From Tubulanus polymorphus (taxonomy: Eukaryota > Animalia > Nemertea), in contig NC_134035.1 in NCBI RefSeq assembly GCF_964204645.1, positions 10,076,451 through 10,140,450 of the forward strand: a stretch of 64,000 nt of DNA. Direction: 5' to 3'. A program made the position numbers and the translations under genes. Positions 49,988-63,155 of this stretch are shown in pieces. Position 1 is the first letter of the stretch; the number at the start of each line of letters is the position of its first letter. The notes under the pieces are model-generated. The model made no database searches, was not told the origin of the DNA, and worked only from the letters and a program-made list of their open reading frames with translations.

Positions 49988-51046
49988 TTATTTGACTGAA
50001 TTTCTGCAACGGATTTTCACACAGAAATATTCACGAATTTCTCGTCCAAGTAAAAGATATACGTAGAAATTCACCACATAGTTACACTGTTGGAATTGAG
50101 TGAAAATATCAAATAGAAAATTTTTCCGTTCCGTAGAGAGTGGCAGGTATGCAGTGACAGCGGTTGGAAGTGTAAATATTGCAAATGCGAGTGAAACTGT
50201 AACAAGCATCATTGTTGTACGTATTGACTTTGTAGTTTTCTGATCAGACGAAACCATTTTTGAACCTCCGAATAAATGAAATATTATAACTGAATTTGAT
50301 GTGATGATTAGCGTTAAAGGTAGAAGGTACAGGATCATGGCAATTTTCATGAAAAACATTATTTGGTCAATCAATTTATAATAACATCCAAAAGTCTTGT
50401 CGGAAAAATGCATCGACAAAGTAGGTAGAAAATAAAGAATCACAACATTCACTCCGGTTATTATCAATACAGCGAATCTAGCGAATCTCGGTGTACATAT
50501 CAAACGAGCTGTGAACGGGAAGAGAACAATTGCCGCACGTTCTAGAGATATAGCTACTATTAACCAGGAACTATTGCAGCCTGCGAGTAGTACTACGAAT
50601 TCATAGATTTGACAACCGATCAGTGAATTCATCACATACATTGGACCTGTTTCTACGTGCAAGAGAACAAACTGTAAAACAGGCAACAAAGACAGATTGA
50701 CGCAGAACACAAAATCACTGACGGATAAAACGATGAGATAGTTAGCGTAGGATAATCTCCGAAATCTACGACTTATCATAATCAGGAAAGTAGCTGAATT
50801 CCCGAAAGCTCCAAACACGAACAATATAGGCAGAATGACTGATGAAAGCGTACGGTAGCTACCAGATCTGTTTGCTATAGACATGATGACCATATTACTA
50901 TGATAGCTTCGAGCAATTTGCAACTCAGTGAGATTCATGATTGACGTGATCGAAGAACTGTTTAACGTACTCGGTCGCTTATTGGAAAATGAATTCAGAT
51001 TGAAATAGATCCACAATAACGTCTTATTTGTGAAGCTGATATTCAT
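49988..51046 (-). CDS. Intronless class A orphan GPCR, copy 3 (352 aa)
   Basis: Same 7TM motifs as copies 1 and 2 but more diverged. The N-terminus is unduplicated and has five N-x-S/T sequons (NIS, NKT, NSS, NLT, NRS). Confidence 0.9.
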   Translation of the reverse strand: MNISFTNKTLLWIYFNLNSFSNKRPSTLNSSSITSIMNLTELQIARSYHSNMVIMSIANRSGSYRTLSSVILPILFVFGAFGNSATFLIMISRRFRRLSYANYLIVLSVSDFVFCVNLSLLPVLQFVLLHVETGPMYVMNSLIGCQIYEFVVLLAGCNSSWLIVAISLERAAIVLFPFTARLICTPRFARFAVLIITGVNVVILYFLPTLSMHFSDKTFGCYYKLIDQIMFFMKIAMILYLLPLTLIITSNSVIIFHLFGGSKMVSSDQKTTKSIRTTMMLVTVSLAFAIFTLPTAVTAYLPLSTERKNFLFDIFTQFQQCNYVVNFYVYLLLGREIREYFCVKIRCRNSVK

Positions 51047-53339
51047 TTGTCATTCAATTAGTTTTAATAAGATGAAATTTTCACTTTGTCCACGATTTAT
51101 TGTTGACGGCGAATGAAAATCAATTTTCTGAAATCTAACACAATTTACTCGGATTTGTTAATTCTTGCTATTGTATCAGATATAGAATTCTCGAACACAA
51201 ATCAATGGTGAAATATCTAGTAAAACACCCGAACAGGTTAACGGACATGAATAACTGAACTTCCATTTCATTCCCAGAGGTCAGAATGCCATCAAAATGC
51301 ATCCCATCAATATAGTTGAGAGTCCGAGCACAAATATTCGTTTAACTACATTCTACTTTTATCGGTTCATTCTCAATCATTTGTTCTTGTTTCTTTTGAA
51401 AAAAGAGACCACTTGTACATAACTTTTATAAAAATTCCCGCAAAAAACATTTCGTTCGAACGAAAAGATCATTTCATTCCCACGCAAAAATATAATTTTT
51501 CACCTTGGGCACCGGGGGCCCCATAAACAGATAAGCACATGGTGGCACTTTATTGAATTCTCCCGCCACAGAAAAAAAAATCCTATCCTGTTTAGTGCTG
51601 CCACTAAGTTTATAGACAGCGGGGAAACGTGAACTAACATAATACTCGCTTGCCGAAGTCTTTGAACAAACTATTTACAGATTTGCGGGCCGGATTCCGA
51701 ATAAAATTCGCAGACACTTAAAACAGCACAACTACATACTTCAATGGCAATTTTTCTACAAAAGAATTAGTTTTGAGTAGCTTAATTCGGGTATTTGCAT
51801 TTTACTTGGGAGAGGGCGATGGATGTTGGTTTCCTTCATTCGGATTTTTTTCGCAATATATATCATGGAAGAAAAAAATTGGAAGTTTTGTCAGTATCTC
51901 AGCTAGTGAATGAATCAGATTATTCAAAAATTTAATTGCTATCTATCCTGTATAAAAATACAAATCAAGATAAGCAAGAAATAGAATTACCTAAGAAATA
52001 TGGAAATATCATTCAAAATTAAGGATGGATTCAAAATATCATAAATTATTAGAATTGGGCGCAACAGTGGTCGGTATTGAACATAGTAAGCAACTTTCAT
52101 CAAATTCATATTCCGTGTAAAATATGCACGAATATTTTAGTTCACAGAAATCCCGCTATCGTTATTCATAGGGGCAGCACTGAACGGTTGAAATTTGATA
52201 AAGCCTTGGTATTCTACTGTGGCATGTGAGGAAAACAGATAATAAGTTTTCATTCAAATTCAATTCAATACTCCACGCAACTAATATGTTTGTTTAAGAT
52301 GAATAATCTTATCAACTTTGAAGCATTATTGAAGGGAGATCTGCGTTTTGAGTCAATATTCAAGCCATTTTTGATAGAACTCATTACTCAGCGAATGTAT
52401 TCGCATTCAGTAAAGCGGCATACTCACATGCCAGAGGAAGAATTTCAAGCTAAAAAAAACTTCTTATGAAAAACTTGTCCATTTTTTTATCACTTTTGAC
52501 TCGACTACTGCAATACTTGGAATAACGGAATATCATACGTAAAAACTTCGAACCACCCAAAATGCAGCTGCAAGTTTTAATTACTCAATGTTCTAAATTT
52601 GTTTTCATATATCACCCCTGTTTTATATGAGTCAGATTCATGTATTCACAGTCTTGCATTCTTTATGTTAGTATACATAATTTACTGTCTCTCCAATAAT
52701 TTAGTCGGTCATTATAAGCTAACAAGTTCATTCCGTCTCATGTATCATTAAAAAAAAACATTGGTTTATGGAAACATAGCACTTTTATGGAATGGATCAC
52801 CCTTATATTATATGTATCGATGATATTGATACTTTTAATGTTAGTCTTAAAACATATCTATTCACTCAATATTATTCCAACTTATGTTTTAAATCGTTTT
52901 GTATTCTGGTTTTTAAGTTACTTTACATATCATCATTGTAAACCGCTTTGAAACACATGCGCAATAGTTAGTTGTCTAATCGTTAGTGGTAAGCTTTTTT
53001 GAGTCTGAGGTTTGCGAAAATATCCGATCGTGATACTACACAACAGACTGGTGACTGAATATTTCCACCAGTAGACAGGTTCGAACCTATTAGCATCTCA
53101 ACTGTATTTTTACCACTACAATGTTATCATAACTGTACTCACTGATCAGTTTTTGGAAATGGCTCATCAATATCAGAGTCACTTGTCTGTGGAAACCAGC
53201 TATGCAGCCCTATTGAGTATTTGGGGGATAAGGTCTGCGCGGTAGATTGGTCCGACTCCTCATCCAGCTCCAAAAAGATTACTTGCTCCGACTTGTGCTT
53301 GAAACAAATATACAACCACTAAACACTAATGCGGCAAAT

Positions 53340-54557
53340 ATCTTCCTTTAAAGGTTTTTATTAGACTTTTTTCTTTGTCTATATATTTATATATATATAT
53401 ATATATTGTGTTTTGTTTTTTGATGAGATCTTTCGTAGTATCTCATCCATGTTTACTACCACATTACAGCTGATTATTGAACTAGTATTATCTTTTTCGT
53501 TTCACAAAATGTACACATATCCAGCTCGGTAATTTTTTGTCCGATGACGTCACTCACTATTTACGGGCGGGGGAGGGGAATTACTCTCCGTGGTAAACAC
53601 ACGGAACGAAACGAAGCGTACAAAATACAGCCATGAAAATATATACCTATGCGTTTTTTGTTTCGTTTTTTTTTGGTCAAAATGTGGTCAAATTTTCTAC
53701 ACCTATTCGTGTTTTTAATCGGGTCATCATCGTTAACGTAATCGTTCAATGCACTAGATTCTAAAAAATAATTTACATTTATTACACATTTTACAAACAA
53801 GCCATCGGTTACCTTTAACAAAATAATAATAATAATGATAATAATAATAATCATAATAATAAACTTATCGATGTCAATGATCACTTGATGCTCTATTTGC
53901 GAGTCGGTATTTCGTCCGATTTTCATAATCGTATTGCACTGAAATATTAAGAAACCGTTTCTTTGATTCGACAATTTGCTAATTGAAATACGAGACGAAT
54001 AGCTCGTTAAATGCTCCTGCAAATAATGTTTCGCGACAAAGAAACCCGGTAAATGCACATCTTAAAGCCTAAAAATGGGTATGTCACCTTCAAGCTTTAA
54101 GTTCAATAGGACATTACAGAGGATTCAGGTACCGGTATATAATAAACAGGGCAGGAAAATTAAACAAATTAAGTTGAAAACTTCCGAGACATAAGTCAAA
54201 AATTGTACTGTGCCATTTTGATAAAGCTTAATATGTTACCTGGCTACCCTAGCGCTGTATAGTCACCGACCTAGCGGCGCCAACCTCGCCATTCTCATTT
54301 GATCGAAGGGAAACAAAAAAAAAATAAACCGAAAATGGAATGACTGACTACTATACAAATGAACTGACGAAATAAATCAGAAATAATACCACACACACGA
54401 AGGCGGCGGCGCCAACTGTTTTACATCGTTGTAAAATACGCAGAAAATACAAGACTCATTTCGTTATTTCGTATTTATAATAATAATAATAATATATATG
54501 TATAATATTTTCATTTATAGATTTACAAAAATATACATGTATATTTATGTACGGACT

Positions 54558-54644
<87 letters not shown>

Positions 54645-57600
54645 AATGTATAATCGTTATATGATTAGTACACTAGTAGTGAGTAGTAGTAGTTTGTTTT
54701 ACAGACAGATAGATGATGGCCTTGGGCCCAACACTAAATGAAACATTCAATATTGTGTATACGGGGACAACTATGGCGGAGGCAGCACTCATTAACGCGA
54801 TACTCATTAACATAAAAGTCGGGGTACGCGGCGTGCAATAATTCATGAAAAAAATGCTGCCGATTACGAAGATGACCGAACTTGTTCAAAACTGTACCGC
54901 ATAGGAAGCCGAGATTATAGAAAATGTGGAGTATATCTACATACATAATGCAAGTTACGTGTACAATTATTCAGGTAACATGTACAGCACAGTGGTAGAC
55001 GAAGTCCCCTAATCGTTGAAACAAAATCCTCTGATTCAAGTCATTTTCATATTGTACAGTGATGACATATCGAATGCCTCAAACAAAGAACCCGGGTGTC
55101 AACCCTTGTCATGTAAAGTCTCATCATTTTACATTATCTACTACTAGCTATACGACGACATTTTCTTGACGTACAAATATTTCATCTACAAAAAATACCC
55201 TAAGTAAAGGTGTCTATTCATCTATTCATAACAAGTTCAACCCTTGATGACCTGAATTTCAGTTTCTCCAATGCATAGTTCATAACGAATAGCAGAATCT
55301 GAAAATCTAGTTTGCACTGTCAAATGAAAGTGTTCGTCTTAACTGCTGAAAGAGTTTCACGAGTTAAGTTTGTGCTGAATAGATCACTACAAACTGAAGT
55401 AATAATGACAAATGCGTCGCTTCAAAGCGCATCTCTTTTTTTCCGTAAAATGCCACATGAGGAAGTCACATCACCAAGAGGGAGATCTGTATTACACATA
55501 CGTTCAATGTCATGGGGTCTATGTACAATAAGGTGGCAAGTTCACTAAGATATGGTATACATGATGATGAGTAGCTGCACACAGCACAAGTAGTAATCAT
55601 GGACCTGCTTACGAGGTGACACTTAATAAACCAGACGAGATATGCTGACATGATACGACATAAGGCGAGTCAAAAATGATATGCAAAGGTATGATGGACA
55701 AAAAAACGCGAGTAACTAATAAACAGAAAAAAATAAAAAATGCTGTCTAAAAATAAATGTCTAAATGTAGTGAGATTCGCTTTTTCCGTTAGAAAGTCGT
55801 TCAAAATTATTATCAATCAATGATAATAATAATCGTAATAATATTATCAATAATAATAATGATAGGTGTAAAGTTAACAAATGCAATCTCGATTCGATTT
55901 ACATGTACATAATATATGTACACAGAGTTCGAAGTTGTTTACAAAAAAAGTTGGAAGACGAAAATCACCATCTCATCCGGAGATTGGTAAATAAACTGAA
56001 TGAATTCAAACTAAAATGAATCACAGAATCTAAGAGAGAGAGAGAAAGATAAATAACATTTACGAGCAGTAATGACTAACTAAAATGTCAATGGAAGCGT
56101 TCAGAGATTATCAATTTTGCATAAGAACATTTTTTTGAGACACTGGTTTTCACTTCGTATCAACGAAACTTCAGTAAACTGCGATTCAATCAGCGATCAA
56201 TCGATATCATTTGCTTTTCATAAACAAAAGAAAAGAAGCAAACCGAAATGATCATTCGTAATATGCATCTAACCCGAAGTGGAATTAAGAAGAGCTAAAG
56301 CGAGTATTTTGTGGTGGAAGATCTAACAAATAATCAATACATACAGCAGAAGTCATAAACATAATATGAAACAACGAAGACTTTAACAAAGTCTAGAATT
56401 CATCTTGTATCGCAATGCACTACTTTTAAATGAAGGATTCTTCAGCTAGAGGTTGTTAATGGTAATGAATGTCATCAATCGAAAGATCAAAAGATGCCAA
56501 CCAACCGATACAGACGATCAGCTCTAAGAGATTGGAACCGATGAAATAGAAGCCGACAACATGCGAGTATGAGAGAATTGATCATGAGAGTATTACAATT
56601 ATAAACACAATACCAAGTTCATTCAGCAGTACAAACAAGAGACAAAATGCTGATATAAAAGAAATAGATGAAGAGATACATGTCTCAAAGCTGCCTTGGC
56701 CTTAGTGAATGCGACACATTTGCATCATCCGCAACTACTTTAGATAATAATATCGGCCCAAAACTTGAAAAATGTGGCGTTCGTGGTGAGAAATTTGGCA
56801 AGCTTTTGGAAACTTATGGCAAGAGAAAGGGCAACAGAGGTGTGTCATATATGATCTACACATTATGTACACCTTCGACATGGAAGCACCATATATAAAC
56901 TAATCATTATATTACATATGTTTTGATATGTTTTGTCATGATAATGCTTTCGATATACTACGAGGATTACGAGGATATATGACGTTATTTCCATAAAACG
57001 TGACAGCGAGTTTCTGTATTGAATCAGCGAGGGTCGTCGCGTGGACATAGCTGATTATACTTTTTTCACTCCAAATTCAAAGAATTGAAGGATGTTGTAA
57101 TATTTGAAAAATAATTCTCACATTATTATCCACCCCAGGAATTCATCAATGCACAGAGCTAATTCTTCTTCAAATTTAGCTAGAAATTTCAGTTCAAGAA
57201 GTGGTTTAAGTTAATCTTGCATCTCCTAATGAAATATATTAAGACGCTTATCTAAATGAAAATCTGATTGCTGCTGATAAAAATGTAGGTAATGAGATCG
57301 TTTTTTTTACTCATTTCTTTCTTGAATCTATTTCATATTTCGCGTCAATCTACGGGCGGCCAGAGTCGAAGCGAGTACAAACATTATACATCAGTTAGGA
57401 TAGAAAGTGGTTTCGAAATTTTTAGTAGAAAACGGCGATAAGCGCGACATACACGATCACCACAAATTCATGTTAGGAAATTGACGAGAACGGCGATGAA
57501 AATTTTAAAAAAAAAAAAAAATGTCTCCCATAAGAGCAGTTTTTCAGGGCATGATTAGGCGTTTAATGCATTTGTAGTGGTCCCCTTTATTCAGATTCAT

Positions 57601-59813
57601 CTGTGTGCATGAAGTACATTATCTATCTATGTAGAAACAATCGTTTTTAGGATGTAAAGTGCCTGTTTTAAATAGTAAAACATACGACAACGTTGGCACC
57701 CATTAGTTATCGAGTTCACGCGCATAAATGTCCGGTAAAAATATAGATTATCATTTTTAGCTATTGATTAGTAATACAAGTACAACAACAGGCGCGTGTA
57801 TTAAATCGTTTTACACAAATCTTATTCAGAGTTTTCCTTTTTCCTTTGAGGACAGCGGTGAAAAATATATCTATCTATATACGGTTTTATATACATAGGC
57901 AATCGTAGAGAAGACAACTTTTTGAAGAGATTTCGAGATTCAATCGTAAAGTGGCAGTTAGAGTGAGTATTCACTAAGGCTTCATTATTAGAATACGAGT
58001 GTTGGATATTGGCGAATTAGTCTTTGAACACGGAAAACCGTCGTCGCAATACCTTTCTCATCACAAATAGGCGATTTTGTTTGATTTCACAACCGATTTT
58101 CGGACGCTAGGCCCTCGATTAGTACAAAAATGCAGGCAAAACGTATACATGTACCTTTATCGTATTACGTGCTATGTACAATAACAAAATAGAAAAAAAA
58201 AGAAACACCAACAAAAAAGTTTTCAAACAAACAAACAACAAAAAATGCTAGTAGAAAATTGTCGTTTTGAGTAAAATGCCATATTATACATAGTTTAAGT
58301 ACACAGGTTGCTTTGTTCTAAATGCAATCATTACCAGTATCATCGAGAAATGAATCGAAGTTAAAATAACGAAATCTAAACAAAATTGAAACTTTATCCA
58401 CACAATGCACTAGTGGATAAAGGTCATTGTCAAAGTTTTTTGCTTAACCAAGTCGACTTGACATCATCAGACGCCTCAATCAAATGTATCCGTCAAAACC
58501 AGTACAGTTGTAGCCAAAATCAGTATTTTGATAGGACTGCACTAACGGTCTTATTGGATGACACCATTTTGGATTGACCGACCCACAAGGCTGGTTCATT
58601 CAGCCATGATGGAATTCCTATAACGGCAGACCAAGCCGGCTTGGTTAACCAAACGAACCCCGTATTGGTAAAACTGAGTTACCCGGATCGGGAAATTAAT
58701 CGAAAAGCCCCAGTAACCTTCTAGTTAAACTAAGTGAAATTTTCGAGCTTGTTACTTCAAAGTAAGGCATTTCGATTCCACAATCGAACGTGTCAACTAA
58801 ATGGTAATTCCCGTTTGAAACATCTTTTTTCCATTATTTCTCTGAGCAAGACATTGATAGAGCTGAACACACACACACACATACATACATACACATACAT
58901 CGCCCTATTTGTGTAAATATGAGTTTTCCCCGACAAAAATATGGCACGTAGAGTGGCAGGCATTATGATAACTGACGACAAACGCCGACAACCTTGTTTC
59001 CTATACAAGATTGGGTTTAGATATATATGTATGTATATGTACTGAGTTCACGCCATGAATTTACACCTATGATATAATACAGCAATACAGGCTGACCAAT
59101 GAACATTGAGCATACATTTAGTGATTATACTTATTATTATCATCATTATTATAATTATCATTATTACTATCGTTTTAATATCGTTAGTAGCATTTAGTTT
59201 ATATAAATATATATATATACATATAAATATATACATATACTTATATAAACAAACATATTCATATCAAGATACGTAGTTGTTACAGTCAGTGTACAACACC
59301 TTAGTGTCATGGAAATTTTATATAGTACAATGTAAGCATGTGTACACTCACTGTACATTGCACAACCTCTCTGTTACACTGTAAGGGTTCAAACATCTTG
59401 ATATAACATATATCCATAGGTATATACATATACTTTAATATCTATATACACAAGCATATGAGTACTGTTTAATCTACGCGGTTGAGTACTGTTTAATCTA
59501 CGCGGTTAAGTACAGTTGACCACAACATACAAGTTTTTTTACGGGCTAAACGAGAAAATATCACTCCGCATCCGATGTGGCTGATATTTCAACATTCAAA
59601 GTTCGATACTCCGATTCAATTTTCTGCTTCCTAGTAACGTTCAAGAATGTACCGACAGGAATACCCTACCACGGAAACAAAAAACGATCCACCAACTGTT
59701 CGCGATTAGCCACTAGATTCCTATCCTAGGATTGTCTCGAAGATAAGGATGCTATAAGCAGCGACCTACGGGCTCCACGGTCTCGGGGCGCGGATGGGTG
59801 AAAGCACTCTCTA
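53340..59813 (-). other. Candidate long 3' UTR of the zinc-finger gene
   Basis: No credible ORF, U-rich minus strand and few recognisable TEs. Minus-strand AATAAA at 53362-53357 is followed by a GT-rich stretch. The actual 3' end is uncertain. Confidence 0.4.
54562..54642. repeat. (TA)n microsatellite
   Basis: ~35 uninterrupted TA units. Confidence 0.98.
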
Positions 59814-61108
59814 TTATTGTTCACCGATATCGGTCACCGTGCTACGTATAACATCCATCAACATCAAATCGACATCTTCGCTTTCTCGATTCATCTCTTT
59901 GTCCATCGGCAAATCGGGCAACATCATGTGCAACATACGAACGACGTTCTTGCGTAAATCTTTCAGTTTCTGCTCGTACGGACAGTCGTCGGCCGGGCCG
60001 GCGCTCGAGCCGCTTTTCTTGCTGTCCTGCGACGAGTCACTCGACGTACTCGTGTTGTGTGAATGATTGTGATGAAGCGAGCCGGTGCTCGCACTGTTCG
60101 GCGATACGGTGACCGTCGCCGGCGACGATTCGCGCTGTAGGGGGCGTTGTTGTTGCTGCTGCTGCTCGTTGTGTAAATGAGAAGGCGAAGGCGTTGGTTT
60201 CGGCGAACCGGTCATGTTTATTTTCGGAGTCGGCGACGGCGTGTTATGACGACTGCTGATCGGCGACGCGTGCGACACGGAGAGATTCTCCGGTTCAGAC
60301 GGCGACGATAACTGCTGTTGATGATTGTTGTTCATGACTTTTCGAAAATCAGACGGTGGAATATCTAACCCGAGTTTCGCTTGACCCTGTAATATCGCGT
60401 TCATGTTCGGTATAAGATTATTGTCCGGTTGAACGTTCAGATTGTTTAAGATGTTCTTGTTGTCGGCGCCGGCGTTGCCGTTTATAATCGGCTGTTTCGT
60501 CAACGGCGGCTTATTTTCATTGTTCCGAACGTGTTCAAGGTCGAACTTGGTCGTTTTCGTGAAAAACGCGGAGTTTTTCAGATTGAGTCCGTTCAACAGG
60601 CCCTGAGGAGGAATGAACATATTGCCGTTCATGCCGTTCAGATTCATGCCGCCCATCATCAGATTCGGCGCGGCGAGCGGATTCTGCGTCAGCAGATTCA
60701 AACCGAGCGGATTCATCATCGGATTCAGCATGTTCATACCGTTCGGCAACATGCCGAAGTTACCGAGCTGATTTTGCGCGCCCATGAACGCCGGGTTCAT
60801 ATTCGGATTGGGCATGTGCCCGTCGACCGAGTCCGTGTTGTTGTTGTGAATGAGACCCTTGTTAGCGAGGTCGCCGGCGGTCATCATCGCGTTCAACGCG
60901 TTGATGTCCGGTTTGATGTCGCGTTCGTCGCTGGCGTGCGACCCGGAGTCGCGTCGTTGCCAAAAACGAAGCAAGTTCGCCTTGCCGAGTTTGCGATCGA
61001 GGATGAAGTACTTCTTGTTGCCGCCGTGTTTCGAGATGATGTGTATTTTCAGCGAGCTTCCTTGACTAAACGAAGCCCCGCAAGCGCCGCACCAGTACGG
61101 TTTGTCAC
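59814..61108 (-). CDS. C2H2 zinc-finger protein, last coding exon (3rd finger, N/M/S-rich region, C-terminal helical domain)
   Basis: Acceptor tttgcag|GT at 61109/61108. Splicing to the upstream exon rebuilds the HTGDKPY linker. Finger is CGAC...HIISKH; stop is TAA at 59816-59814. Confidence 0.92.
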
Positions 61109-62062
61109 CTGCAAATGTAATAAAACGTACATACATATGTAATCAATATATAACAACATGAAACGAGGATAACGTCGTTCGTCTGCGGTCGGAGGAGACA
61201 TTAATGTGATTTCGCTCGACGATATACAATTATTCACGGTCTCAATTCTCGCCGCAAAAGAATAAACACGTAGCCCTAAAATTACATTATCCATAATATA
61301 TCATGTCCGGCTAAAAACGGCGGCTGTAAAACCATAGCGGAACCGCGCGTCGTCGGTATTATTACTGTTGTAGATAAATTAATCGGAATTAGGTAGAATC
61401 TACTTCGATGCGAAAGAATATATCGTTAATATAGTAATACATTCTTTTCAGTAATGACGCAATGGTGCAGGTTTATAAGCCGATAATTCGATAATGGACT
61501 TTGTCAAAGTTCATGATTGGATCTACTTATTAAGTACGTCTCAAATGACTACATATTCACTGCCGATTTCGTTCGACTGCTTTGTTCTCACAGCAATTAC
61601 TTGTAAAATGAATTGACTCAGTCGGGACATGCGTGTGTGTGTCATATTCTGTAGTAGGCCGATGGCTGCTGCCAGCTACTAGTAGAATCATGAACTATGC
61701 AAGAATTTAGTGAGTGGCACATTATTTGAAAACTCTTACGAGTTTGGACCAATATTTGTTATAATATATCTAGACTGTAAGCTAGTTAAGGAGTGGTTTC
61801 CATTGACAAGTGACTGTCTGATTCAATTGAAGAAAAAAGTCACAAGAAGGAAGTAAAACTACCCGGTAATAGTTCGATGTTTCCACTATGTTGCAATGAG
61901 CTATATTCAAAACGATTAGAAAATGGCTCATAGCATTTGTATAGAAGTTTCAATCCTCAATTAGTTTTACTTCAAAACCATGAGTTTTTTCTTCGAAGTC
62001 AAGGATCATTTAAAAACAACTTTCAACAGAAACCCTGAAGCTTCTCATCATAAAATACGTAC

Positions 62063-63155
62063 CAGTATGCGTGCGAATATGAACGTACATATTGCTGTAG
62101 AATTTGGTCGTGTATGGACATAGTAGACAAGTGAAGATTTTACTGTTCTTCGGATTGTGGGCCTTCTCCATGTGTCGGTCGAGGTTGATCTGCGATTTGA
62201 ACGGGCGTCGACAATGACGGCACATGTAATCGTGGATCGGTTCGTTGGTATGAATGTCCGTCGTCGTCATCGCGCCGTTCGGGTACGCACCGCCGTACGC
62301 CGCCGCGCGCATGTCCAACGAGTCCTGAGCGTCTAATTTCTCCTGTTTGATTTGAGCCGTACTCGTGCTGAAATCAATCGGGATATCCCCGCCGACCATA
62401 CCCCCGGCCACGCCGCCGCTGCTGCTGCTGTTCATATTATTATTTTGTTGCTGTTGTAGTTTTTGATGATTTTGCGGCGAGTGCTGCGTAGGTGGCGCTA
62501 CCGCGTGCATCGACGGGTACCCGTTCATCGGTACGGCCGTCGGCGAGCTGAGATTCAACCCGTTGTGATTCGGCGTCATAATTCCCGGTTCGGTTTTGAT
62601 GTTCAACGGCATATTGTGCTGCTGTTTCATCTGCTGGTGCTGGTGTTCGATTTGTTGTTGAATTTGTTGTTGGAATTGTCGCTGGTTCTCCTGAGTTTGC
62701 TGCTGCAACTGTTGCAAGTGATACTGTAACTGCTGCTGTTGTTGTTGAAAGTCCATCGCGGTCGGGAACGCGGGCGGCATTTTCAGACCGTTCAATCCCG
62801 GGAAATCATTCGCCGTGTCGGCGTATTTAATGCGTTGATCGGCCTCTTGGTGGCGTTGCGGCGTTAAGTCCATGCCGTTATCTTGGAAACTAGCCTCGTC
62901 CTTGACGACGTTCATCGGTATCGGACTGTCGGGATCCGACTCGCCTTCCGAGTTCATCTCGTCGTTCGACAGCTCGGCCGCCGCCTCGTCGGGCATTCGC
63001 ATTATTCCGTTCGGATAAAAGTCTTTGCGCTTATTCCGCGGCCGATGCGAGAACATGTCGGTCATCGCGCACGATTTGATCGAATCGGTGTCCTGGGTAC
63101 CGCCCAGGAACGAGTTAGGCATCGTTTGTCCTATACTGCACATAGCCGAGTCCAT
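62063..63155 (-). CDS. C2H2 zinc-finger protein, first coding exon (Q-rich region, fingers 1-2)
   Basis: ATG at 63155 (MDSAM) within an exon whose acceptor is tttcag at 63245. Fingers CRHC...HMEKAH and CLLC...HIRTH; donor ACTG|gtacgt at 62063/62062. The two exons total 1093+1295=2388 nt, or 795 aa plus stop. Confidence 0.92.
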
